Source: Ginglymostoma cirratum
Taxonomy: Eukaryota
Length of the DNA stretch: 64,000 nt
NCBI GenBank assembly: GCA_024137785.1
Contig: JAHRHZ010000075.1
Span: 23,119,041-23,183,040 of the forward strand
Reading direction: 5' to 3'
The first letter of the stretch is position 1. Each line of letters begins with the position of its first letter. The translations under genes and the position numbers were made by a program. Below the pieces are notes generated by a model. It worked only from the letters and a program-made list of their open reading frames with translations. It was not told where the DNA came from and did no database searches. Positions 41,612 through 55,870 of the stretch are shown here, piece after piece.

Positions 41612-42273
41612 AGATAGTAAGAACTGCCGATGCGGGAGTCAGAGATAACAGTGTGGAGCTGGAGGAACACAGCAGGCCAGGGAGCATCAGAGGAGCAGGA
41701 AAGCTGATGTTTCCGGTCGGGACCTTTTTTCAGAAATAGGCTGAAATGGACCTCATTTCTGAAGAAGGGTCCCGACCCGAAACGTCAGCTTTCCTGCNNN
41801 NNNNNNNNNNNNNNNNNNNNNNNNNNNNNNNNNNNNNNNNNNNNNNNNNNNNNNNNNNNNNNNNNNNNNNNNNNNNNNNNNNNNNNNNNNNNNNNNNNNN
41901 NNNNNNNNNNNNNNNNNNNNNNNNNNNNNNNNNNNNNNNNNNNNNNNNNNNNNNNNNNNNNNNNNNNNNNNNNNNNNNNNNNNNNNNNNNNNNNNNNNNN
42001 NNNNNNNNNNNNNNNNNNNNNNNNNNNNNNNNNNNNNNNNNNNNNNNNNNNNNNNNNNNNNNNNNNNNNNNNNNNNNNNNNNNNNNNNNNNNNNNNNNNN
42101 NNNNNNNNNNNNNNNNNNNNNNNNNNNNNNNNNNNNNNNNNNNNNNNNNNNNNNNNNNNNNNNNNNNNNNNNNNNNNNNNNNNNNNNNNNNNNNNNNAGG
42201 GTCCCGACCCGAAACGTCAGCTTTCCTGCTTCTCTGATGCTGCCTGGCCTGCTGTGTTCCTCCAGCTCCACAC
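41612..42273. mobile_element. Palindromic PLE-terminus element with two hammerhead cores (contains a 400-N gap)
   Basis: Cores 41706-41733 (-) and 41759-41786 (+, intact); TSD ttgatagttaatgg (41598-41611) and ttgatagttagtgg (42274-42287). Confidence 0.85.
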
Positions 42274-42414
42274 TTGATAGTTAGTGGTGTTTGTTTGCAA
42301 GTTTTCACTCATCTAACTTTATTGACAGCCTTTAACTACATGTGAAAATACTGAAATGTTATACCTAACTAACTATTTGACAGAACTGCATGCTAACAAG
42401 CATCAGGAAAGATT

Positions 42415-42656
42415 AAAACCGAAAGAACTGCGGATGCTGTAAATCAGGAACAAAACCAGAAGTTGCTGGAAAAGCTCAGCAGGCCTGGCAGCATCTGTGA
42501 AGAAAAATCAGTGTTAATGTTTCAGGTCCAGTGACCCTTCCTCCGAACTCAATTCCTCAGTTTTGAGGAAGGGTCACTGGACCCGAAACAGTAACACTGA
42601 TTTTTCTTCACAGATGCTGCTAGCCCTGCTGAGCTTTTCCAGCAACTTGTTTTTGC
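42415..42656. mobile_element. Palindromic PLE-terminus element, second subfamily
   Basis: Inverted arms around ~42555; cores 42516-42545 (-) and 42563-42592 (+); perfect TSD caggaaagatt (42404-42414, 42657-42667). Confidence 0.85.
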
Positions 42657-42769
42657 CAGGAAAGATTTTTTTTTTAAACTCTCCAACAAAAGATAAATGA
42701 TAAGCTACTTTTCACTTTAAGAAGAATATACATAAATGCACAAGGACAAAATAAACAGTTAGTGATGTG

Positions 42770-43160
42770 GATAGAGTCAGTCATACAGCATGGAAACAGA
42801 TCTTTTGGAACAATCATAATCCCAAACTGCCTGCTCCTGGCCAATATCCCTCCATACCTTTCCTATTCATGTACTTATCCAAAATGTCTTTTGAATATTG
42901 TTATTGTACCCACATCCGCAGGAAGTTCATTTCACATGCAAACCACCCTTATGTCTTTTCTAAATCTCTCTCCTCTCACTTTAAAAAAGTTCCACCTTCT
43001 CCTGAAATCGCCTATCTTAGGGAAAAGACAGTTATCATTAACTCTATCTAAACACCTCATTATTTTATAAACTTCGACAAACTCACCTCTCAACTTCCTA
43101 TGTTCCTGTGGGGAAAATAAAAAAAAAAGTGAGCCTATCAAGCTTTTCTACACAACTCAA
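42770..43160 (-). mobile_element. CR1/HER1 3' fragment
   Basis: LRGEFVEVYKIMRCLDRVN...FKVRGERF. Confidence 0.8.
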
Positions 43161-46100
43161 ATCCACAGGTGGTAAGACGTTTGTTAGAGCATCACTGGTG
43201 TGATCCAGCTCGGCCAACTAAATATAGTCTTTTTTTCTGTGTTGTACTTTCTACGTAATTCTATGCAACGCTAGTACCTTGGAGCAATCTTGTAATGAGC
43301 CGATTTAGATGTCATACCTACTTACATTGGCACTTATACATCACCAGCATTGAGGATTTGATTATATAAGCCAAGGTCCGGGAATAAAGAAGACTGCTGA
43401 AAAGACAAGCGCACGGTACTGAAATACTACTGAATTAAAATTAATTTCCACCTGGAGTACTTCATAATCTGAGTAATGGCTGAGAGATTACTCAGAAGGA
43501 GGACATTTGATAGTTGAGTTTGTGCTGGCTCACCAAAAGGAAATAATTAATGAGTGCCAAACCACAGACTTCTCCCTGTAGCTATTAGCATGATCATGGG
43601 TCTAAGTGCCATGGATATTTTAAAATTCTAAATCCAAAGTTTGCTTTGTGAAAAGGGGCTGATAAAGCTAAAAATGGCAATTAAGTGGCTTCATGAAGAG
43701 ATAGATCCATGAATGTCACACCTAAAGATGCAAAGAGAACTTAAAACATCACTTCTTCAAATAGGAAATGACAAAAATCAAAAAACAGACTGGACAAAGA
43801 GAACTTGTGAATATAAAAATAATAGGGAACTGACAACACTCAACAGCAAGCCATCCCTTGCAGATTCCGATCCAATCTTCACACATTTCATGTTTTTCCC
43901 CTTGAACAGTATACAAGGGACGAGGGTTAAAAAGCCGGTTTCAACTTTACTGGAGTGCGCTTATTGAATAGTGGGCTAATGTACCTCTGGCAGCCTGGGT
44001 TCAACTGTTAGCGTGCCAAGGTAGTAACTGACAAATATTCCTCCAGTCACCCCTATGTTGCAGGTAAAGGGACTCTCTTATTCATAGCATTAGAAGTCAG
44101 AAGCTAGCAAGCCAGACAAAAGGAAGAGGACAACAAAAGGGCTCTCTCTTTCTCCAAATACTGGAATTTAGTTGTGGTCAAAAGGAATAAGAATATCAGG
44201 TTCACAATCAACCTGCAAAACTAAGAATCTTGAAATCAACTGTTCAACTAGTAATGTCAACAGTAACTAACTGCCCCAGCAACAGTCTGTGGATTATTTT
44301 TAGTGGCAGNNNNNNNNNNNNNNNNNNNNNNNNNNNNNNNNNNNNNNNNNNNNNNNNNNNNNNNNNNNNNNNNNNNNNNNNNNNNNNNNNNNNNNNNNNN
44401 NNNNNNNNNNNNNNNNNNNNNNNNNNNNNNNNNNNNNNNNNNNNNNNNNNNNNNNNNNTATGCTTGTCAGCAAGCAAGATTACTCTCTCTCTCTCTTTCT
44501 GCCTTAGTGGAAAAATAACAAAGACTTGTAAAAAGAATAAAAACCCTGTAACTCAAGCCAAGCTCCAACTGACCAGCTACTAATTGGAGGCTCCCTGCGG
44601 TTGTTAAAAACATTATATCATTGCCAAAATCCAAAATAAAACTGTGAAAGTCACTTATTTTCACCCATTTTTGGACTGGACTCTGATCGACAGACATTGT
44701 GACATTTTACTTATATTTTCCACTCATAGTATTCCTAAAATAACACTTCATTTTTCTTGCCTAACCTATTCGTGAATAAATGTGTGCATGTTTGGATTTA
44801 AATGGAGTATGGTTAAGTTTACATATTAGTAACTAATAATGTGTTTTTCTTCCACATTTATTCCAACAAACCTATCCTCTAACATAAAATTTTTGTTTCT
44901 TGTTCATAGATTATAACCTGGTTTGAGTGAGTGTCTTTTATCTTAGGTAGTGCTCACTGTTAGACATAAACCATCCTAGAGATTGAATGAGTCATTTTTT
45001 ACACTTGCAACAATTTATGGATTAGTGGGGCTTGATTTCCAACACCTTATCCCCACCAGTCATGACAAAGCCCAAGTTGCGGTCATGGATTGGGCCGGAA
45101 CTAACAGTGCAGCAAACAACAGGACTCAGGTCCAACAAAGAGTTCTAGAAGATAGATTACTATAATCACACATTCTGGCCAATTCAAGAATGTCAGGCAA
45201 GGCAGGAAAATCACAGCTAGTGCAGTAGGAAAAAGTTTAAATATCTTGGGAAACTGTATGCAATTCTGAAACAGAAGTACAGTTGATGCTGTACTAACAA
45301 AGACCAGGAGAATTGCAAAACTCTTCCTCCAAAAGGCTTTGGGTCAATTCAAAATTTCAAGACTGAGATCAGAGAGACTTTTATTCAGTCACAGTATTGG
45401 AGAATGTGTCAGTTAGATGGAGTAGAGGTACAGGTCGATCATGATACTGATAACTAAACATGCTCGAGAAAATGAATGGCTTACCTGTGCTCCTATGTAA
45501 GCCTGAAAATAGCCAAGATCAATATCCTCAGCCTTAGTGGAATGGCAGGTATAAGGACGATGCCAGTGTACTCCCATGCTAGCCCTTCTGCAGCAAACAG
45601 AATTCATTAAGCAATAGGTTGGCAATGAGAGCTGCATTTGACAGCTGGTACTTTTCGGTTTAAAAGATGAGACGTGCCGCAGTCCCCAGAAGACTCTATT
45701 GTAATACTTTAAGCAGAAACACTGCCACGCACAAGAATAGATTCGGTATTGGAGGAAGCGCCAAAAAATTGAGTGTTAAAGGCAACAAGGTAGGCAAGGG
45801 TATGCACAGGTGGAACGTGTATATAACAATTTAAATAATTATCTCTATAAGTATAAACAGAAATATTTAACTATACTTGTTGTACTAAAGTAACATCTTC
45901 GTCAGGTCACATTTGTTCTGATTGATTAACGGAATAACCATGCATATGCATTTAATATGATGCACATGCTAAATTGCTCAAGAACACAAAGTTGTGTTAA
46001 AACTTTCATCACTGAGATCTTTAATTACACTTAGACAATGCCGCATCAGTGAGCTACTAACTGCTTCCTTAGAGCATTAGAAAACTGTAAGAGCAACAGG

Positions 46101-47655
46101 TCCACGTCGTCACCAATGCAAAATCTAACAGAATAAGTTTTTTAGAAGTGCTACCGACATTGTGTGCTGCACACAGCACAATTATGATGCGAAGGTTAAT
46201 TACGTCCTAGAGAGTTCCTAGTGATTTAAACAAGCCTTCCAAAAGTCTTCCTTGTAAACTGTAATCACAATCTGGTTGACAGCACGAACCACACTGTACG
46301 TTAGTCACCCAAACATCCTTGGGCTTTAGCATCATCAGAAGTCACTGGTGTTGAGGGTAGGAGTGTAACAGTAACTAGCCTTTTGTTTTTTTTTTAAATT
46401 CACCCATGAGTTGTGAGCAATGTAGACAGGACAAGCATTTTTATTGAATTTTTTCACATAACATGCATTCATATGAACTGATGCTCCTGGTACCAAACAC
46501 TAGCTGCTCTGGCATCATGGACACAGGGAAACTAGCAGTATGAAAAACCATAATATTCATTTCATGAGTCTGGTTCAAATGACTTGAATAGAACATTAGA
46601 GTTGTATTAACTTTAACTACAACTATAGGAGATAAGTGGAAATGGGTTGCAAGTCAGAGATAACTCTGCTGTATGTTCCACATGACATATTTGGTATCTT
46701 TACAATTCTTAGTTAGTCCTGCTCATTTTCTTCCTCCTAACGCCAAGAAAGATGAAACACCAAAAAGAATAATTACAGTAAACTAGAAGGTCAATAGCTG
46801 TTATGCTAAAAAATAAATCACAGAATCATCGCTGTAGGTATTGAGCAACTTGGGTGCTGCTGGAACATCACCTAAAGCTACCAGGTCATTATTAAAGAAA
46901 AGTAAGAACTTCTGAGAATTCGAACAAGCAGTGGTTTAGGACAGTGGAAAAGGGAAAAGGGACAAGGGGCAAGTAAATCACAACAAAAACTAGTAGAGGT
47001 AAACACCCAGCAGCAGATCTAAATGCCTGGTTTCTTTCTTCATAGGACCAGGAATATGCCACAAGGTAGTTAAAAATGTCTTTCTTCTGAAAACAGCATC
47101 CAGTCTTTAATGTAATTTAAAGCACTTAATATACTCTGAAACCTTCCAATCAATAGAAGCCTTGGTTAACCTTACAATCAACCATTGGTAATCAAACACA
47201 AGTGAGAAACTCAAAAACATTCATAGTGTAACTCAAATCAAATCTTAAAGCTATCAGCAATAACAGTAGGGATGTTACGTTCACACCATAGTTATGCACA
47301 AATAATTTCATTCAATAAAAAGATTTACTTTAGTTCTCACAAGAACATCTTAGAGAGAAAATTGGGTAAAGAATGAGTAACTGTTTCAGACAAATTTATT
47401 TTAAAATATTGCACGGCTTTCATTACATAAGACGATTCTGAAGAAAGCTATGCCACCCTCATGTAACCAGACAATAAATATTTTCAACTACACAGACTAC
47501 AATGTTGAAGAAATATATTTTCCACAGAATTGTTTTGTACTGTTAACTAGCTTTTAAGTGGCAAAACAGTTTACCCAATCAACAACAGAGTGATTGAAGA
47601 CTGAATGGATCCCAAATACTAAATACTTCACTCAAACCAAATAGGTCCAACTTTA

Positions 47656-48213
47656 GAGATAGTAGGAACTTCAGATGCTGGAGAATCTGAGATAACAAGG
47701 AGTAGAGCTGGATGATCACAGCAGGCCAAGCAGCAGAGGAGCAGGAACCCTGCAGCCCAATGGTATCAATGTGGACTTCACAAGCTTCAAAACCTCCCCT
47801 CCCCCTACCGCATCCCAAAACCAGCCCAGCTTGTCCCCGCCTCCCTAACCTGTCCTTCCTCCCATCTATCCCCTCCTCCCACCTCAAGCCCCACCCCCAT
47901 CTCCTACCTACTAGCCTCATCCTGCCCCCGTGACCTGTCCATCCTCCCTATACTGACCTATCCCCTCCCTAACTCCCCACCTACACTCACCTTTACTGGC
48001 TCCACCCCCACCTCTTTGACCCGCCTGTCTCCTCTCCACCTATCTTCTCCTTTATCCATCTTCTATCCGCCTCCCCCTCTCTCCCTATTTATTTCAGAAT
48101 CCCCTTCCCCTCCCCCATTTCTGGAGGGGGGTCTAGGCCCAAAATGTCAGCTTTCCTGCTCCTCGGATGCTGGTTGGCCTGCTGTGTTCATCCAGCTCTA
48201 CACCCGGTTATCT
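47656..48213 (+). mobile_element. Truncated Neptune-like PLE end with an inverted 5' arm
   Basis: Inverted arm 47656-47746 joined to ccctgcagcccaatggtatc; degenerate core 48121-48148; perfect TSD taggtccaacttta (47642-47655, 48214-48227). Confidence 0.87.
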
Positions 48214-50237
48214 TAGGTCCAACTTTATCCTGTTAAAGAAATTCACTTGGAATGGTGTGCTTTTTTGCAAATGTTTTATCTACACTCAGTTTATTATAAA
48301 ATTTTAAATGCTTTGACACACTAATCAAATTGATTCCATCTACCCTTGGACAAAATTTGGATTTATATAGGCTTTTTAATACCAGTAAACATCCTAAGGT
48401 ACTCCATAATTGCATTATAAATCAGAGCCTGGTATAAAGTTACACAAAGGAGGTATTAAGTCAAAGAATTCAACACAGGCCTCTCTGGCTAAGCGCAAGG
48501 GTCAAAGTAGAAAAGCAAGGAGCAAAGCAGAAAGGAGCAAGCAGAAGCAACCATAAATTAGGGACAAGACAGTTCAAATCATGGCATCTATTATGGCACA
48601 ATTATAATTTGGAATACACACATGATAGAATTAAAGACATTTCAGAGGGTTGAGAGGTTGGAGATGATTGCATAGATAAGGCCCAGGCCATAAAAGAATT
48701 TAAGTACAAGGATTCTAAAATCAAAATGCTATTTGAGCGGGAACCTCGCAGGACGAAGCATGGAGTTATGACGCAGGCAGAGTTTTGGATGGCCTCAAAC
48801 TAAAAATAGGGCATAAATGGGGGAGATCAACCAGGAGTCTGTTTTGAAAACAGTCAAGTCTAGACATAATGAAGGTATGGATGAAGGCTTCAGAAATAGA
48901 TGATACTGCAATGTCAATGTGCTGAGGCAGGGAGAGGTTGACCAATGTCAGAGAGGCAGAGATAATGGTCTTTCATTTTGACAGCCTCATCAAACCAGAA
49001 TTAAACTTCAAAAGCAGTGCCAAGCATTTTAAGCATGGCGTAAAAGCATTTTAGATTTCCAGTTGCACCATTTGTTGGCACTTGTAAGTATCAGGAGGAA
49101 AAAAAAATCTTAGACATTGCAGCATTATTAGTCCTGTTAATGACCACTTATTACCGCAATGCTATCATCTTCACACATTTCACAATTACTCATTGCAAAA
49201 TGCAATTAATTCTACATTGAAAAATGTACTTTCGCACCGTTTAGTGGAATAAAAATGTCAACAAGTAGCCCATCTAAAGTACTAATTACATTTTCGCTGT
49301 TTATGCCCATTAAAGTATATTTAATGGTCAGAGTCTGTAGAATAGTATCAAACTTTACAAAAAAAAAATCAGGACAATATTATTCTCAAATAAAAAGGCA
49401 GATGCTTGCCTGACATGCTGACTAGTTCCAGTAGTTCCTGTATATATTTCAATATTATTTTTACATAGTTGCCAATATTCTTTCCCCTGCCATAATTAAT
49501 TAGAAGAGACTTGCGTGGTTACTATGAGAAATAATTATATCCAAAGAGTTTGAGAGAGAGACTGGTAAAAGCAAAACTCTAATTGTAGAAGGACACAGCA
49601 AATTCTGCTTAGATTTAAATAGGAGGTATATTAGCTGATTAGCATTATGAACTAATACTGAGCAAGCATACCAGCATCTTGATCTTAACAAAACTCAAAA
49701 TCTACAGAGGACCAACAATATGTGGTTCAGTGACTACTATTAAGCCTACAAAGTACAATGACTGAGTTTTGTATACACCAAATAACTAAACCGCTGCACA
49801 ATTGTTAATACAGAAACTGCTGGGTAAAAAATAATGGCGGCCCATCCTCATACCAGCTCAGTATTAGCATGATGTAGTGAAATAGTTGCTGTTCAATCAA
49901 AACAATTAATCTTGATTAAATATTCTAGAAAATCCAGAGGTGGGAAGGAAACACCATCTAGTTAGAAACCATGGGTCCAAAGTTACCCTTCTCTCCCAAG
50001 CATGTATGCCTACCACATAAACTGTCTCAAAATTGCTCATACACTGCAGCCAAAATATTTTCTGTCAATTTATTATGTCCATTTTCTCAAATATGCAACA
50101 AAAAGCTTCTGTATATTTGCTTCAAAATTCCCCAGTTCCCACCCATCCCTTTTTAAGCAAAGGCCCAGAATCCTGATGGGGGATTTTGGAGGGGAGAGCA
50201 GAGATGGAGTAGCAGCAGTGGAAATTCCATTTAATGC

Positions 50238-50253
50238 GCCAGTAGGTGGTGCA
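50238..50253 (+). promoter_or_regulatory. CTCF-like motif
   Basis: gccagtaggtggtgca resembles the CCASYAGRKGGCRS core. Confidence 0.45.
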
Positions 50254-50618
50254 AGTTTCCAACTTTAGCACCCAAAGCTCTAGAACTGCAAAGTAAAATG
50301 AAAAGCTATTTTTCATTGATGCTTTAAGTTTACGGGTTTTATATATATCTCCACTGGATGCCATTCTGACAACCACCATCACCTCTATAGTTGGGCAAAT
50401 GTGGGCTGAGATTCAAAACCTGTGATTATTGGCAGACAAAAGTCCTATTTGCTGACAATGCAGAATAAAGCATAGACATTTGGCCTACCATCATTTTCTA
50501 AAAGTAACAAAAGACTAAATGATTTGGTTAATCAGTGACTTCTTTGGCACTAGATTTTATAACAAATCATTGCTTACCACCTTAATATTTCTGGACAACT
50601 CTCCACAATGGCAATTCA

Positions 50619-51263
<645 letters not shown>

Positions 51264-51822
51264 TTAAATAATTCCCTCTTCCGTTCCACAAGACCTTTCG
51301 TTGAAATCTCTTACAGCCTGTTCTGGCTATTATACACTGAACACATATGAAAGAAACAGCTAAGCCTAGACTGAAGGAATGAAGAAATGAAGTTTGAAGA
51401 TTTTGTAGCAGGTAAGAATACAAGTGTAGATCAGCAAAAATGACACTTCAAAAAGGCAAAAAAGAACAGATCTTGGTGCAGCATGAATGGCAGGCAGAAG
51501 TTTGACACAGTCAAATTTTGAGATTTTGTTGGGGTCCTGTGGGTGATCCAGATGTTATTGTTAAAATAATGTAATGGTGGTTGAATAGGATAGCGTCTAT
51601 CCTACATTCAGCTGCGAGAACTCATGGCTCATCTAAAATGATGCTAAACATCTAAACTGACAGCACATAAGCAGCTGGGCATTTAAGAAAACTGGTGGCA
51701 AGGGAAACATCACTGTCATTAGTATTCATGTGGGGGCAAATTCAATATCTCCTTATAATAGCAAATATACTACCCACCCTTAAATTTTAATTTCCAAATT
51801 CCACAAACTAGCTGAAGAAAAA

Positions 51823-52113
51823 GAGCGGCACAGTGGTTAGCACTCCTGCCTCACAGCACCAGGGGCCTGGGTTCAATTCCACCCTCAGGCGATTGTGCAA
51901 ACTCTACACATTCTCCCAGTGTCTGCATGGGTTTCCTCCCACAGTCCAAGGATGTGCATGCTCGGCGGATTGGGCATGCTAAATTGCCCGTCGTGTTCCG
52001 GGATGTGTAGATTTGGTGGGTTATACGGGAATGGGTCTGGGTGGAATGCTCGGAGGGTCGGTGTGGACTTTTTGGGCCGAAGGGCCCGTTTCCATACTGC
52101 AGGGATTCTATGA
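51823..52113 (+). mobile_element. HE1-type V-SINE
   Basis: B-box gggttcaattcc, V-domain and tail. Confidence 0.88.
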
Positions 52114-52819
52114 AATTTAAGGCACAGATTTACATTTTAAGAACAATGCTTATCCATAAATCATGAATGCTAAGTTGCTTAGTCAGTTTCCTTCAAGTCT
52201 AATATAGAAAGAAAAACATTTTCTAACTGCTTTCACTTGCTTCCTAGGCTTGGTAATATCAATCTTTTAAAAATCGATAGATTATTTGAACCTCACCCTG
52301 AAAAATATGTAATGTATTGATTTCTATAGAAAACATAACAAGGAACATCTTGCAAATAAAAACTCAGCAGCCACAACGTAAGTAAAAAGTTTTATAACTT
52401 AAAAATCGTAACAAAAAATCAATAAAACCATTTTTTTAAATAACGTATAATATTACAGTTTATGTGGATGGTCGATCAGCTGAGAATACTATATAAAAAA
52501 GGTGGTCAGAAGAAAAATCTCTCGCTGGATACATTCAAGAAATTCACCGCCATTCTGAAATATTACCTTGCTCATATATTTGGATAAGCAAACTAAAGTT
52601 CCTCATTAAACCAGTCTGCCTTTGCTGTATGCTTCTCTAATGTCAGCAAATCCACGTGCTACAACTTTAAAGCTACTTTCAGAGAGCCTATACGCAACTC
52701 TCATTAGTTTTCTATCCTTTTACCCTTCTTTCAAATCTAAGGAATGCAGACTTCAATGAATATGCGGGCTAACCAGATCTGGAGACACATAGCTAAAATT
52801 GAAGGAGTGCCGCTCCTCA

Positions 52820-53610
52820 AATCATACCAGACAGAAGAGGTCCTTTCGCCCATCTTGTCTGCACCAACAAAAAAGTCAAAATCTGCATTCGTTCTACATT
52901 GCAGCACTTAGCCCATAGCTCTGATATACTACGACGTCTTAACGTGCCTGTTAAATCTGTCCTACTGCCTTCAGGGGTCCGTGAATAAGCATCCCGAGAT
53001 CTCTTTTCCTCTGAGCTTCCTAGTGTCCTGCCATTCACCGAGTACTGTCTTGTCTTGTTACTTCTGCCAAAGCGTATCACCTAAAATTTATCAAGGTTAA
53101 ATTCCAACTGCCACTGATCTGCCCATTTGGTCAATTTGTCTATATTCTTCTGTAACCCAAGACCTCCTTTCTGCACTGTCAACCACCTAGCCAATCTCTA
53201 TCATGCGTAAATATCTTTTTAACCCAAACCGTCCTGCCCAGATTTTTTCTATTACATAAACAATGAGGGACCCAGCACCGATCCCTGTAGTACACCAATC
53301 AACATCAGCCTCCAGTTGTACAAACAGCCTTCTACCACCACCAAGGCAATTTCGGATCCAAGTTATCCCGGATCCCAAGTGCTTTTATCTTCTTTGCAGT
53401 CTCCCACGATATCTTACAGAAGGCTTTGTTATGATTATAATAACCGCACTAACCCTCATTTACACACTTCATCACCTCCTGAAAAAATTCTATCAAATTT
53501 GTTAGACATGACCTAGTTCTGATAACGCTGTGCTGACTATTCCTGATCAAACCTTCTTTCTCTAAATGGAGATTGATTCAGCCCTTCAGAATTTTCTCCA
53601 ATAGTTTCCT
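52820..53610 (-). mobile_element. Deleted and degraded CR1 fragment
   Basis: VIRFGRSNK..YSVNGRTLGS; ggtgtactacagggatcggtgctgggtccc (GVLQGSVLGP). Confidence 0.7.
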
Positions 53611-54477
53611 ACCTATTCCTGTCTGATAAAATCCCCCACTATTGCAGTTTCAGCTGAAATGCAAAGAAACATGCTAATTTAATTTTCTCTAATGCAAACA
53701 AACAAACGAACAAACAAACACAGTCTTTCCAAACTTAACATACAGAATTCCCCAGCTTCATTTTCAATAATGAGAAGCTAATGGATTTTGTCAGCAAGAC
53801 TGCAGACCATTTGATCAGCTGCCTCTATCACCTCTCTCCCTTCTGCTAGCCCACTGGAGCAAAGATGCTTATTAAAATCTTTGTGCAACTCCTTCAACTC
53901 CACTCCTGCTATATTAATGAACATCCAATTTCTAAATTTCCGTATTTGCTAATATCGAGAGTTTTCGGCATTCAAAACTGCTACAATCCCACTCATAGAG
54001 AACATTAATTCTACCACTCTTGCCAGCTAAACCATCACTTACAACTTTACTTCAACATCCTTGAAAGTAATAACGCCTCCCAAATTTATGTCGTTCCTCA
54101 GGTTTGAATCTCTAGTCATATTTCTGTCCCAAAATTCCTCATCAATATCATAATGAGCATAAGAAATCTTACACAACGGTGGTCTCAACCTTCTCAAACA
54201 ATTTACTGTCTAAAACAGCTGAGTGCATTAGCCCCCTTCAACTGCCCTAGCCTGAGTGTTTCTCAATTATCTCCTCTGCTGCCCATATCAAGTCCCACAG
54301 ATCCTTCACTACTGTGTTTTCTGATAAATTCCATTTGCGTAACAACTGGAGTTAAAAATTCTCGACCACTATTTCTCAACCAAGAAATTTATTTGTTCTT
54401 GTGTCCCATTACTTACCAAGGGGACAGGGGGTAAAACCATTGTTTACAGGATCGTTACAAACTGCATCTTCTGCAGA

Positions 54478-55430
54478 GAACAAAGAACAAAACAGCACAG
54501 GAACAGGCCCTTCGGCACTTCAAGCCTTCCAACACATTTTGCCCTTCCATACTAAAACTGTCTTCACTTATAGGATCTGTATCCCTCTATTCCGTTCCCA
54601 CTCATGTATTCATCCAAGTGCTTCTTGAATGCTGCTGTGTCTACTTCTAACACCTCTTGTGGCAGCACATTCCAGGCACTCCCCACCCTTTGTGTGAAAA
54701 GCTTGCCTCACACATCTCTTAAATTGATCCACACTGCACCCTGAACCTGTGTCCCCTAGTAACTGACCCATCCACCCTAGGATAAAGCCTCATACTTTAC
54801 ATTCTATCCATGCCTTCCACAATCTTATAAACTTTTATCAGGTTGCCCCTCAACCTCCTGCATTCCAGTGAAAACCAACCCAGCTTATCCAACTTTTCTT
54901 CATAGCTAAAATTCCCCATAACAGGCAACATCATGAGAAACCTCTGCTGTACCCTCTCCAAAGCATCCACATCCTTCTGGTAGTGTGGCGAGCAGAACTA
55001 TATGTAGCATTCCAAGTGTAGCCTTACTAAAGTTCGAAAAGGCTGCAGCATAACTTGCCTATCCTTATACTCAATGCCCCTTCCAATAAAGGCAAGCATG
55101 CCATGGGCCTTTTTTACTACCTTATCTACTTGCGATACCACCTTTAGTGATCTGCAGACCTACATACCCAGATCCATCCACATATCAATATTCACGAGGG
55201 TTCTGCCATTCACTGTATAATTTCCACCTGTACTTGGCCTTCCAAAATGCATCACCTCACATTTGTCCAGGTTAAGCTCCATGTCATTTTTCTGCACATG
55301 CCTCAAACCAATCTATATCCTGCTATGTACTCTGACAGTCTTCCTAACTATTCGCAACTCTACCAATCTTTGTATCGTCCACAAACTTACTAATTAAACC
55401 AACAACATTTTCCTCCAAATCATTTATACA
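54478..55430 (-). mobile_element. CR1/HER1 3' fragment
   Basis: Reverse complement gives attagtaagtttgtggacgatacaaag (SKFVDDTK) and the CR1 3' UTR ending in an (aagaac) tail. Confidence 0.85.
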
Positions 55431-55439
55431 GACCTTGAA

Positions 55440-55870
55440 GTTTCTGGAAAAAAAAACTGGCTGCAGAGATAATGGATATGGTCGTTATGACTTTTCAGCA
55501 TTCTGTCAATTCTAGAATGGTCTCATCAGGAGTAGGAAGTTAGTAAATGTAACTCTCTTCATTTCTCAAGTAACAAATGGATAAAATGAGGAAGTACAGG
55601 TTAGTTAACCTGCCATCAGTGACTGAGAGAATGCCAGAAACTCCTTTAAAGAAATCTTATCAAAGAAAATCTTATGATTAGACAAAGTGCAAAGTCACCA
55701 TGGTTTACAAAAGGGAAACCAGGCTCTAATAAGTGTAGAGTGCTTTTATGGATAAACTAATAGCATAAATAAAAAGGGCAAACCATTTGAAGTTGTATAC
55801 TTAATAAAAGGCATTTGATAGGATGATACATGAAAGGGTAATATACAAGACATGGGGCTCATGAAGTTGA
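55440..55870 (+). mobile_element. Old CR1 RT fragment
   Basis: aagtacaggttagttaacctg (NYRPVSL-like), catggtttacaaaagggaa, aaggcatttgatagg. Confidence 0.5.

Noticed and set aside
42198-42218. Extra ribozyme copy after the gap
   Set aside because: Identical to the sequence before the gap; likely a contig overlap, so not counted
41730-42308. Long ORFs across N runs (also 12647-12891, 44230-44583, 56454-57026)
   Set aside because: Artefacts of translating gaps
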